A DNA stretch of 62,691 nucleotides, filler included. It is 6 parts of 6 records of this genome, joined end to end, with 100 filler letters (N's around TTAATTAATTAA, not from the genome) between each part and the next. Parts side by side here need not be neighbours in the genome. Positions count along the whole stretch, not along the records: positions 25,813 to 35,154 come from SRR31156797_45993; positions 35,255 to 49,156 come from SRR31156797_46015; 4 more parts are not named here. One strand, given 5' to 3'. The notes beneath the pieces are model-generated. The model had not been told where the DNA came from and did no database searches. It saw only the letters and a program-made list of their open reading frames with translations. A program made the translations under genes and the position numbers. This document shows, piece by piece, positions 29,158 to 38,640 of this stretch. Positions within the stretch are counted from its first letter, which is position 1. Each line of letters opens with the position of its first letter.

Positions 29158-30933
29158 CTATGCCGCTGATTGTTTGGCCTTGTCTCCTGCGCCGCAGACC
29201 ATCCGGTCCATTTTGCGAACTTTTTTCAGGATGTTTTTGGCGATTCGTTTAAATTCGGGCAGGTCTTTTTTTTCATATGTGGCTTTTGCCCGTGTCAGTC
29301 CTGCCAGGTCCAGAGTTTCATTGAAGAGATACGGAACATAGAGTGGGTCCTGCTTGATGAATAGCTCAATGCGCGTCAAGGCCCCGTGGATTTCCGACTG
29401 GTTCCCTGCAAGGTTGCGGAACAGCTTGGTCAGATGTTTTTCGGCGTTGCGCAGGGAGGTTGTCCACATGGGCGAACGCGGCTCCAAACGGATGGGCGGG
29501 ATGTTGCCGCGACAATTCAAAAGGGCGGAACGGAGACGGTCGACGCTTCCGGGTGCCGAAGCCAAGATGCCTTCGTTGTAGACCTTGTCGATGCTTACGA
29601 CCTGTGTGCCCTCGATTGGGACACCACCGCCGTATAAATTGTAGATGGGAAACTGTGCCTGTTTGAGGTCGCCTTCCAGTTCGCGTTTGGCGGTCATGTA
29701 CTGGACCGTGGTCAGAATATCTTCGCCATCCAGATTTTGTGTGGTCTGGTGGTAGGATTGTTTCGTCATGTTTGTTGTTTCGTTGTGGTGACCGCCTGAG
29801 TGGGATCTCCCATTCAACCATGCGTAGTCCTGACCGGCCAACAAAAGGTGGTTTACACCGCAGGCGCGGAGGAAGCGGGACAGGGTCACGGAAACGTTAC
29901 CTCCCGCGTCCATCACCATGTCGCGTTCTTTAAGTACGTATGTCCCGAGTCCGCCGATAGTCCACAGCGGAAGTGTGGAACCGGGGTACCGTTTGAGCAC
30001 CATGGGATCGATTTTGGTGGAGTAGACGAGCGGCACATCCTGCACGAAATCAGGGTCCAGTCGTTCAAAAATTTTGAGCATTGATTTGTCGTAGTCAATG
30101 GCTGCGCACATATGTGGCTTGATGCCGAGGCGTTGGAGTGTCGGCACTGTCTGAAGCGCGCAGGTGTAGAAGACATGCCCCTGCTTTTCTTTGAGCTTGG
30201 GAGCCATTGCTTCGAGGCTTGGACCGGCACCGAGAATGACCGCACCCACGCCTGCGCCCTTGCCTTCAATGGATTTGAGGCTGCCGTCCTGCATGGCGCG
30301 TTGGAAATTATTGATTTCGTTGCCGACCATGACATCCTGTCGAAAGCGCAGGGTGGAAAGTTCCAGTGAGAAGTTTTCCAGCCGGTTCTTGATGATTCGT
30401 GACCACTTGGCGTATTCCGGGCCGAGCTGACGGCTGGGGATGTCGCTTTTCAAGTGAATTTGGCCGTAGACGAATTGGAGGTCGAGGTTGCGGACAACTT
30501 CTGCAAGGAAGCGTTCGTCCGGTATCATGAGATGAAATTTCTTGTTTTCGAAGAATGGGCGGTAATCGGTTTGACCGAGACAGGCGAGCACCATTTCCGC
30601 ACGAGGTTCCATGAGCATGACCTTGTGGGAATCCGGCGTGTTTTTGAGCAGGTGGTTGATGCCGTATCCGAGGTTGGCGCCTACCACGATAGTCGCCGAG
30701 GTCCGGGCTTTTTCCGGGTGCAGCCAGTCGGCGTATAAACCGTCCGGCGGCAGGGATTCAAACATGCCTTTGCCATCTTCCATACGCCAGTCGTGGATAC
30801 CGAACTGATTGATGAAAAGATTGTTCATCAGCATTTCTTCGTGAAAATCACTGGTGGACAGCCATTGAAACGCCGGGTTTCCGGTGCGTTGCAGGTACTC
30901 GATATTGTCCTTTAGAAAGGGATATGCGCTCAT
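29158..30933 (-). CDS. motility-associated factor (Maf/DUF115, MptE-like) glycosyltransferase
   Basis: AVILGAGPSL, LGIKPH...D, AGGNVS, LLAGQDYAW; GAGGA RBS before MSAYPF. Confidence 0.82.
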   Translation of the reverse strand: MSAYPFLKDNIEYLQRTGNPAFQWLSTSDFHEEMLMNNLFINQFGIHDWRMEDGKGMFESLPPDGLYADWLHPEKARTSATIVVGANLGYGINHLLKNTPDSHKVMLMEPRAEMVLACLGQTDYRPFFENKKFHLMIPDERFLAEVVRNLDLQFVYGQIHLKSDIPSRQLGPEYAKWSRIIKNRLENFSLELSTLRFRQDVMVGNEINNFQRAMQDGSLKSIEGKGAGVGAVILGAGPSLEAMAPKLKEKQGHVFYTCALQTVPTLQRLGIKPHMCAAIDYDKSMLKIFERLDPDFVQDVPLVYSTKIDPMVLKRYPGSTLPLWTIGGLGTYVLKERDMVMDAGGNVSVTLSRFLRACGVNHLLLAGQDYAWLNGRSHSGGHHNETTNMTKQSYHQTTQNLDGEDILTTVQYMTAKRELEGDLKQAQFPIYNLYGGGVPIEGTQVVSIDKVYNEGILASAPGSVDRLRSALLNCRGNIPPIRLEPRSPMWTTSLRNAEKHLTKLFRNLAGNQSEIHGALTRIELFIKQDPLYVPYLFNETLDLAGLTRAKATYEKKDLPEFKRIAKNILKKVRKMDRMVCGAGDKAKQSAA

Positions 30934-30978
30934 GCTTTCCTCGTTGTGCTCAAAAAATGACGGTGCTGGCTCTGAATT

Positions 30979-30993
30979 GCATGTAGTATGCCA
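30979..30993 (-). promoter_or_regulatory. putative sigma-54 promoter of maf
   Basis: minus strand TGGCAT-ACTAC-ATGC, about 45 bp upstream of the start. Confidence 0.5.
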
Positions 30994-31071
30994 GTTGCAC
31001 TGGAAATCAATTTCCCCTACCGTGCGGACAAGAATTGCCAAATCAGCCCAGGGAATTATGAGGGGGCTATC

Positions 31072-33351
31072 ATGAATAATAATTTACTCGCATTAATCGG
31101 AAATACACCGTTGGTGGAGATACGCCACCTGAACCCTAATCCAAACGTCAGGATTTTGGCGAAACTGGAGTGCCAGAACCCCGGAGGTTCGGTAAAAGAC
31201 CGCGTGGCCGCCGCCATGATTCAGGCTGCCGAGGATTCTGGCGAATTGACCCCTGAAAAAACCATCATTGAACCCACGTCCGGGAATACCGGCGTTGGGC
31301 TTGCCATGGTCGCAGCCATCAAGGGGTATCGGATCAAATTGCTCATGCCGGAGACTGCTTCCGAAGAGCGCAAGATGATCATGGCCGCATATGGGGCCGA
31401 GCTTGAATTGACTCCCGGCCATCTTGCTACGGACGGAGCTATTGAGCAGGCATATCGCTATGCGCGTGAGGAACCGGATAAGTATGTCCTCATGGACCAA
31501 TACAACAATCAGGCATGTATCACCGCGCATTACAACGGCACTGGATTGGAAATCTGGGATCAGACAAACGGTGAAGTGACGCATTGCGTGATTTGTCTTG
31601 GTACATCCGGTACAGCCATGGGCATAGCCAAGCGACTGCATGAGATGGGTGACGTCCATGTTGCGGCAGTTGAGCCGTATGCTGGTCACAAGATTCAGGG
31701 CCTCAAGAATATGCTCGAATCCTACCCGCCCGGAATTTATGACAAGAAGAGCCTTGATGAAGTCCTGCACGTTGAAGATGATGTAGCCTTCGACTATTGC
31801 CGTAGACTGGCGCGGGAAGAGGGTATCTTCGCAGGCATGAGTTCAGGTGCGGCTCTTGGCGGGGCTATCCAGTTGGCCGAGCGCATGGAATCCGGCACCG
31901 TGGTTGCCATCTTCCCGGATTCTGGTGAGCGATATCTTTCTACGCCGCTGTATCGGCAGCAGCCCGGTAGCGGCGTGACTATTTACGACATGGCATCCGG
32001 TTCGGACAAGATGCTCAATGGCTCGAACGGCTTGGGCCTGTATACCATGGGGCCGAGCCTTGATGACCCGGACTCTATTGATTCATGGCGCAGGCTTTCA
32101 TTACTTGATGTTTTTATTCGGCACATGACGGCTTCCGGCGTGGCTGTGAATGCCGCCGCCGGTTTGACGGATATGGATGATCGTACACTGGCCGCTGCCC
32201 GTGAGGGTGGGCTTAGTCGTGAAGCGTTCGCCGCCGATCGGTTGACTGCGGTGCTTGATCGCGCCCGTGATATGGGGTTGACCGAATCCATCAGTTTCCC
32301 GCTGTCGTCCGGCAGTAATGATACGTCCTTGTCTCTGTGCAGTAAGCTGCTCGGCAAGGGATTGGCGTATGAGAAGCTGAGAAGCGTGTATTTCGATGTG
32401 TTCCGCGATAAGCGATACGGTGAGATCGCAGATGTTGATATGGATAAGGTTTCCGGCGGTCATACCGTGGACCTGAACTCCTACGTCAAGGATAACCCGC
32501 TTGATTTCACGTTGTTGAAACGGGCCACCCTGTATGATTTGAAACGGGGTGAGGTCGTGGAAACCCAGTGGGGCAATGTGCGTCCAAGTTGGTTCTTGCA
32601 ACACGCAGCCACCGCGCTGGATGTGCTGCCACGCATTGATGTCATGATCGGTTCGGAAAAACACCGCTTTCCGCATCTGGAGAATCTGCGCGCCATCTGG
32701 TCAACGGCTGGCCGGGAACTTCAAGCATGGATGGTCTGCCAGCAGTCGTCGGATAGCGACGGCGGCAGACTGGATGCCGTGGCCGAAAAACTCGGCGGCT
32801 ACCGTGCGGCCCGTTGCTGGTTGCTCTCGGTGGCGAACCGCAAACCACTGTGCGCATCCGATGAAAATCTTTCCATGTGGGCGCGCAACTGGCGCAAGGT
32901 GCAGGAAGGCGCAGCCGTCCTGACCCTCGCCCTCGACGCGAAAGGCGACTCGGTTTCCCGTGACGTGGAGCAGGCCGTCTTCGACCTCAAGGCTGGCTTC
33001 AAAACAGCCATGGACGATGGCCTTAAGTTCCACCACTTCTGGCCCGCGCTCTTCAAGTTCGTCAAAAGAATCAACGGCTGGGATGCAGATAACTCCCTCA
33101 CCGGAGCCGCCGCCAAAGCCTGCCATGATGAACTCATGAATATCGATTCCATCCTCGGCATTCTCGACCCCACCCAAATGCCCGTCCCCCTCAGCGATCT
33201 CCCCGCCGAGGTCCAAGGCATGGTGGCAGATCGCCAAAAAGCCCGCGAAGCCAAAGACTTCGCCCAGTCCGACGCCCTCCGAGACACAATCGAAAAAGCC
33301 GGATTCCGAGTAGAAGACACCGCCGGAATACCGAGAGTGTTTAAAGCGTAA
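31072..33351 (+). CDS. cysteine synthase (PLP) fused to a degenerate cysteinyl-tRNA synthetase-like domain
   Basis: N-terminal IGNTPL, NPGGSVKDR, PTSGNTG, GTSGT, SSGA, DSGERYLST; C-terminal KDNPLDFTL, WGNVRPSW, FPHLEN, REAKDFAQSDALRD...VED. Confidence 0.9.
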   Translation: MNNNLLALIGNTPLVEIRHLNPNPNVRILAKLECQNPGGSVKDRVAAAMIQAAEDSGELTPEKTIIEPTSGNTGVGLAMVAAIKGYRIKLLMPETASEERKMIMAAYGAELELTPGHLATDGAIEQAYRYAREEPDKYVLMDQYNNQACITAHYNGTGLEIWDQTNGEVTHCVICLGTSGTAMGIAKRLHEMGDVHVAAVEPYAGHKIQGLKNMLESYPPGIYDKKSLDEVLHVEDDVAFDYCRRLAREEGIFAGMSSGAALGGAIQLAERMESGTVVAIFPDSGERYLSTPLYRQQPGSGVTIYDMASGSDKMLNGSNGLGLYTMGPSLDDPDSIDSWRRLSLLDVFIRHMTASGVAVNAAAGLTDMDDRTLAAAREGGLSREAFAADRLTAVLDRARDMGLTESISFPLSSGSNDTSLSLCSKLLGKGLAYEKLRSVYFDVFRDKRYGEIADVDMDKVSGGHTVDLNSYVKDNPLDFTLLKRATLYDLKRGEVVETQWGNVRPSWFLQHAATALDVLPRIDVMIGSEKHRFPHLENLRAIWSTAGRELQAWMVCQQSSDSDGGRLDAVAEKLGGYRAARCWLLSVANRKPLCASDENLSMWARNWRKVQEGAAVLTLALDAKGDSVSRDVEQAVFDLKAGFKTAMDDGLKFHHFWPALFKFVKRINGWDADNSLTGAAAKACHDELMNIDSILGILDPTQMPVPLSDLPAEVQGMVADRQKAREAKDFAQSDALRDTIEKAGFRVEDTAGIPRVFKA

Positions 33352-33379
33352 GATTGAATTAAGAAATATGATTGAAAAG

Positions 33380-33416
33380 AGCAGGGCCGCCCATAAGGGC
33401 GGCCCTGCTTGTTTTT
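33380..33416. terminator. bidirectional Rho-independent terminator
   Basis: AGCAGGGCCGCCC-ATAA-GGGCGGCCCTGCT between convergent genes. Confidence 0.88.
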
Positions 33417-33426
33417 AAAGTCGTGT

Positions 33427-34839
33427 CTAGTTGCCAAACACTTGGGATATATAATTTGTAATAGAATTTTCAACTTGCGCAATAAATTTTGTAGGACTTG
33501 CAAAAACGGCACGTCCAAGCTCTACTAGTTGTGAAATTTCCATTTTCTCAATCTGATCGCCTAAATTTTTATCTACCGTCGAGTAATCTGTTTTGTGCTT
33601 TCGTTGATTTTGTAGTTCCTTTAATGACGTTGGCGTGCTTTTCTTTTTCCTTTTGTAAATTGCCGATATTCGTAAGTCATCTTCCATTCCGGTCCCTAGC
33701 CGCTCTAAATCATTTAGGAACGAAGTTGTTTGGCCTACAGCTTTTTGTGTTTTGCACACATCAAGTACGGTTGAAATGTGAACACTTGAACTAAGAAAGC
33801 AAATTTGAATTTGGATTTTTCTTCTTTTTGAAGATTCAAGGGCATCTTCAATGGATTTACTTTGAGGAACTGACAAAGTGAAGGAAAGGCATTTGGATTC
33901 TAGGAGTGAATGAAGAATTTTATTTTTACGGTCTTCCAGATTCGTTTTTTCTTTTTTGGTTTGTTCAAGATAAACTTTATATTTAGTTTTTAAATAGGCG
34001 CGATAACAAATGTCTTGTTCTTCGTGCATCCAAGGGGTTGCAATAGCATCAAGGATGGCTGGATTGATTTTGGCTCCATTTTGTAGCTGTCTAAGTTCTT
34101 TGACAGAGGAACTCCAACCTTTTCCCATATGTTCAAAGTGGCCCACATTAATTTTGGGATCATCCAAGTAACGAATGAATTCTTCTAGAATATAAATTTG
34201 GTCGACGTCATACTGCTCTTCGCATTTAATTTGACATGCACTTTCGATGACTTGTTCTGCTTTGGTTCTTATATAAATCCATGACCAATGGTATATGTTT
34301 ACATTCCGATCATTTAGTTTCTCAGCGATTGGAGTTTGGAAAGGAGTTGAAACAATTTCGTCTGATATGGTGATCAAGTCCACGCCGTGTTTTCTTGCAA
34401 TGTCGAGATAACGGTTGATTTGATTAGCTTCTAAATTGGAGTTCACCTTAACTTCTACGAATGCAGCCCATTCAATGGTTTGAATTTTGCCAGTAGTGAG
34501 AACGATTAATCCATCTGGTCGTCCATTTTTGGTTGTTGAGCCATCTGAATCTATATCGTTTATTTCGGTATAAACGTGAAGCTGTGCAGTCTTGTTGCTT
34601 ACTTTTTTGGCTTTGGAATTTAGTATCCCTAGCAAAGTTTCGCGATATGGTTTTATCGCCATTAGAGTGGATAAGAAGATAGAAGTAAGGTTTGTCTCTT
34701 TTGATTTTTTAATTGAAATGCCTGAAGGAAATAGTCTTGCTGTTTTAGCGTCAGCAAATGATTCTATATCAATGTCGAAGTAATTAAGCCTTTCAGGTAG
34801 ATCATTTAGAGTGCTCCCAATAATTTGATTATTCGCCAC
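33427..34839 (-). CDS. low-GC hypothetical protein with a PD-(D/E)XK nuclease-like motif
   Basis: 470-aa ORF with GTG start and AGGAG RBS; RPDGLIVL...AAFVEVKV...QINRY; markedly AT-rich relative to flanks. Confidence 0.75.
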   Translation of the reverse strand: MANNQIIGSTLNDLPERLNYFDIDIESFADAKTARLFPSGISIKKSKETNLTSIFLSTLMAIKPYRETLLGILNSKAKKVSNKTAQLHVYTEINDIDSDGSTTKNGRPDGLIVLTTGKIQTIEWAAFVEVKVNSNLEANQINRYLDIARKHGVDLITISDEIVSTPFQTPIAEKLNDRNVNIYHWSWIYIRTKAEQVIESACQIKCEEQYDVDQIYILEEFIRYLDDPKINVGHFEHMGKGWSSSVKELRQLQNGAKINPAILDAIATPWMHEEQDICYRAYLKTKYKVYLEQTKKEKTNLEDRKNKILHSLLESKCLSFTLSVPQSKSIEDALESSKRRKIQIQICFLSSSVHISTVLDVCKTQKAVGQTTSFLNDLERLGTGMEDDLRISAIYKRKKKSTPTSLKELQNQRKHKTDYSTVDKNLGDQIEKMEISQLVELGRAVFASPTKFIAQVENSITNYISQVFGN

Positions 34840-34990
34840 GACTAACTCCTTATTTTATAAAAATTGATAGCACTCTATAGTAATAGCTTTGATCTCACAA
34901 GTTGTTCATATATTAATAGAGGTTTGAAACATTATATTCATTTATTTTTGTTTGATTTTTTGTTGTTAATTGTTCTAAGCCCTTTCAAAC

Positions 34991-35117
34991 CACCAACGGC
35001 TTAGAAGCTGACGAATCGGAAAGCTGCGGCTTTTCGAAACTTGGAGGGAGCGAATAGCGACTGACTGTTTCGGGAGCAGCCCGATTCGATCAGATTCTTG
35101 CCGGGGATGGTTGGGCG
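34991..35117. repeat. long imperfect palindrome (REP/attC-like hairpin)
   Basis: AGAAGCTGACGAATCGG pairs with CCGATTCGATCAGATTCT, inner GCTGC..CGAAAC / GTTTCG..GCAGC; bounded by CCAAC and GTTGG. Confidence 0.5.
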
Positions 35118-35154
35118 GATAAGCTAGCGCAAGCGCCTTTTCTTTCGTCTATTT

Positions 35155-35254
35155 NNNNNNNNNNNNNNNNNNNNNNNNNNNNNNNNNNNNNNNNNNNNTT
35201 AATTAATTAANNNNNNNNNNNNNNNNNNNNNNNNNNNNNNNNNNNNNNNNNNNN
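35155..35254. other. contig-joining gap
   Basis: N-run with TTAATTAATTAA. Confidence 0.98.
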
Positions 35255-35319
35255 GAGTGAAAAATTCATGAATTTTTCAGGTTAGTACGAAATTTCAATA
35301 TGATCGATTTTTTTGGCAT

Positions 35320-35347
35320 AAAAAAACCCTGACACAAAGGTCAGGGT
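35320..35347 (-). terminator. Rho-independent terminator
   Basis: ACCCTGAC-loop-GTCAGGGT followed by a U-tract on the minus strand. Confidence 0.75.
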
Positions 35348-35422
35348 CGCGTTATGGTTTCCTGGTTAATAAATTTTCACGTTAATTGGTATTCAACCAG
35401 GCAAAGGTTCAAATTCCGGACC

Positions 35423-35824
35423 TTATCTAACCTCTGCATATTCTTCAAGGGGTTTATAATAAAGGTCTTTTCCATTAGATTTTACAATTGCAGTAGAAGA
35501 AACCACGTCATCACCGTTGGTTAATTCATACGTAAAAATGCCGTTTGGGAATTCTGCAATTTGATGGGTAAAAAGCAGGTTGTTTTTATTCTTGATTTTT
35601 TTGGAATACACTTTTCTGTCCTTTTGGTTATAAACATTGATTACCAGCACTTCACCGTCAGGTATCATCATTCTGATCTCAACTTTGTCTGTACCTTTAA
35701 GGGTCATGGATGTCCACACTTTGTCAGCTGCCTTTTGTGAAAATGCAAAAGTCGCTATCATCATAAGCACTAAGGTAAGTTGGATTGCTTTTGATTTCAT
35801 GATATCTGTTTTTTTAAAGTTCAT
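35423..35824 (-). CDS. secreted hypothetical protein (beta-sandwich-like)
   Basis: signal peptide ending AFS; beta-rich mature part; terminator downstream. Confidence 0.7.
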   Translation of the reverse strand: MNFKKTDIMKSKAIQLTLVLMMIATFAFSQKAADKVWTSMTLKGTDKVEIRMMIPDGEVLVINVYNQKDRKVYSKKIKNKNNLLFTHQIAEFPNGIFTYELTNGDDVVSSTAIVKSNGKDLYYKPLEEYAEVR

Positions 35825-36005
35825 AGTTTGTTGAATTGTTATGAAGCAAAAGTAGGTAGGATGCTACCCCTGATGCAATGGAAAAGCTGCGAAGTGAATT
35901 TTGATCCAGGTGAAATGACAAATAGTTGTTGCGAAATGAATGGGTATTTTTATGAGATGAACTTTCAGCCTCTAAAATCCTTGTATCGATACTAAAATTG
36001 AACAC

Positions 36006-38465
36006 TTGACCAAAAAAGAACTCTACGATATTGCTGATCAATGGTTTGAGGGTAAAGGGTGGAAGCCGCTCAAATTTCAGAAAGATGTACGTGATGCTTA
36101 TTTGCAGGGTAAACACGGCATGCTGAATGCCCCGACAGGTAGCGGGAAAACCCTGGCTCTATGGATACCGATCGTTTTGGATTTTATAAAACGGCATCCC
36201 GACTCCTGGCAACAGCCTCAAAAAACCGGACTGGTTGCTTTGTGGATCACACCTTTAAGGTCACTTTCAGCAGAAATTAAAAAGGCGGCAACTGAGTTTT
36301 GTGATGGCATTGCAATTCCGCTGCAAATTGACATCCGTACAGGAGATACAACTGCATCTGCAAGGGCAAAGCAAAAACGCAATATGCCGGCCCTGCTCAT
36401 CACCACACCTGAGAGTCTTCATCTTTTACTGGCTCAAAAAGGTTATGCAAAAATGTTTGCCGGGCTTCGTGCTGTCGTTGTGGATGAGTGGCACGAATTG
36501 ATTGGCTCTAAGCGGGGAGTCCAGGTTGAATTGGCTTTGTCGAGACTGAAATCCGTCAGCCGGGATATGCGTATCTGGGGAATCTCGGCAACCATCGGAA
36601 ATATGGATGAGGCCATAGATGTGCTTTTTGGGATGGGGAGATTGAAAATGAAATTTGCCACTATTAAGGCAAAAATCAAAAAGAAAATAGAAGTGGAATC
36701 GATTATGCCTGATGAAATGGATCGGTTTCCATGGGCAGGCCATCTGGGCACAAAGTTGCTTCAAAAGGTCATTCCGATAATTCATAAAAGTAAAACCACA
36801 CTTATTTTTACGAATACCCGTGCGCAAACCGAAATCTGGTTTCAGAAATTGCATGAGGCTGATCCTGGCCTGGCCGGACTTGTGGCCATGCATCACGGAT
36901 CGTTGGATAAGCAGGTGAGGGAATGGGTGGAAGAGGCTTTACGGGAAGAGCGACTCAAAGCTGTGGTTTGTACATCAAGTCTTGACCTGGGTGTGGACTT
37001 TTCTCCGGTTGAAACGGTGATCCAGGTAGGTAGTCCCAAGGGTGTAGCACGATTCATGCAACGTGCCGGCCGGAGCGGCCATCAGCCCGGGAAAACCAGT
37101 AAAATTTATTTCCTGCCCACCCACGCCATTGAGCTGATTGAGGCATCTGCCTTGCGGGATGCAATTTCTGAGGGGAGAATTGAGGCCAGGATTCCTTTTG
37201 TCAGGTCGTGGGATGTGCTGATCCAGTACCTGGTCACACTATCAGTATCTGATGGTTTTATCCCGGATGAGATTTTCAGGGAAATCAAAAGTACGTTTAG
37301 TTACAATTCCATTTCTGTGGAAGAGTGGGGGTGGCTGCTGAATTTCATTACACTTGGAAGTCAATCACTATATGCCTATGATGAATTTAAAAAAGTAGAA
37401 ATTGATGCTGAAGGTATTTTTAGAATCGCAAACCGCAGGTTGGCCATGTATCACCGGATGTCCGTTGGGACCATCGTGAGCGATGCCGTAATGCGGGTAA
37501 AGTATCTGAAAGGAGGAAATATCGGCACCATTGAAGAATGGTTCATTTCCAAGCTAAAACCAGGTGATGTGTTTTGGTTTGCAGGCCGCAGCCTCGAATT
37601 ATACCGTATAAAAGATATGCAGGTGCAGGTTAAAAAATCCGGTAAGAAAACCGGCAGGATACCAGCCTGGATGGGTGGCCGAATGCCGCTTTCATCGCAA
37701 CTGGGCGAAGGATTACGAACCAAACTACGTGATGCATCTTCCGGAGGATCACCGGATCCTGAGCTTGAACAGCTTTTGCCATTGTTGGATTTGCAAAAGC
37801 ACAGGTCATGCCTTCCGACTGATGAGGAATTCTTAATAGAGCTTTTTAAAACACGGGAAGGTTATCATGCCTGTTTTTATCCTTTCGATGGGCGCAATAT
37901 TCATGAAGCCATTGCCTCGTTGCTGGCCTGGCGCATTTCATTGCTGAAACCCATCTCGTTCACCATTGCCTATAACGATTATGGATTTGAACTGCTGTCA
38001 GACATCGAAATTCCGATTGAGGATGCCCTCGACAACAACCTCCTAACCACCGACGACCTTACGGATGACCTGTTACAAAGCATGAATGCAAGCGAAATGG
38101 CACGACGGAAATTCAGGGATATTGCTGTGATCTCAGGATTGGTTTTTCAGGGCTATCCCGGGCAACAGGTCAAAACCAAACACCTGCAATCATCCTCACA
38201 ACTTTTTTTTGAGGTCTTTCGGGATTACGAAAAAGACAACCTGCTCTTCAGGCAGGCGTATGATGAAATTCTGGATCACCAGGTTGAACTGGCAAGGTTG
38301 CATGATACAATGACTCGAATCAACAATCAGAGAATTATCATCGAGCGCCCTGATAAGCCTACACCATTTGCTTTTCCGATAATGGTCGACCGGCTGCGTG
38401 AAAAACTTTCATCCGAAAAACTGGAAGACCGGATAAAACGGATGACAATCCAATTTGAGAAATAG
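36006..38465 (+). CDS. Lhr-core / ligase-associated DNA damage response DEXH-box helicase
   Basis: APTGSGKT, TTPESL, DEWH, SAT, HHGSL, SLDLGVD, QRAGRSGH, ARRKFRDIA. Confidence 0.9.
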   Translation: MTKKELYDIADQWFEGKGWKPLKFQKDVRDAYLQGKHGMLNAPTGSGKTLALWIPIVLDFIKRHPDSWQQPQKTGLVALWITPLRSLSAEIKKAATEFCDGIAIPLQIDIRTGDTTASARAKQKRNMPALLITTPESLHLLLAQKGYAKMFAGLRAVVVDEWHELIGSKRGVQVELALSRLKSVSRDMRIWGISATIGNMDEAIDVLFGMGRLKMKFATIKAKIKKKIEVESIMPDEMDRFPWAGHLGTKLLQKVIPIIHKSKTTLIFTNTRAQTEIWFQKLHEADPGLAGLVAMHHGSLDKQVREWVEEALREERLKAVVCTSSLDLGVDFSPVETVIQVGSPKGVARFMQRAGRSGHQPGKTSKIYFLPTHAIELIEASALRDAISEGRIEARIPFVRSWDVLIQYLVTLSVSDGFIPDEIFREIKSTFSYNSISVEEWGWLLNFITLGSQSLYAYDEFKKVEIDAEGIFRIANRRLAMYHRMSVGTIVSDAVMRVKYLKGGNIGTIEEWFISKLKPGDVFWFAGRSLELYRIKDMQVQVKKSGKKTGRIPAWMGGRMPLSSQLGEGLRTKLRDASSGGSPDPELEQLLPLLDLQKHRSCLPTDEEFLIELFKTREGYHACFYPFDGRNIHEAIASLLAWRISLLKPISFTIAYNDYGFELLSDIEIPIEDALDNNLLTTDDLTDDLLQSMNASEMARRKFRDIAVISGLVFQGYPGQQVKTKHLQSSSQLFFEVFRDYEKDNLLFRQAYDEILDHQVELARLHDTMTRINNQRIIIERPDKPTPFAFPIMVDRLREKLSSEKLEDRIKRMTIQFEK

Positions 38466-38640
38466 ACCATTTTATCCTTCGAAAGCCATAATGTTAAGGG
38501 CTTATTATAAGTGCCTGGTATGCATTTATTAATGCTTAAAAAAATATCCCGGTTGCCATTATATTTTTCTGCAACTTTTTGAATACGGTAAAAAATTCCC
38601 GTATTTTTGCCCGTACCTTGTCCGGTAAAATCTATAAGAA

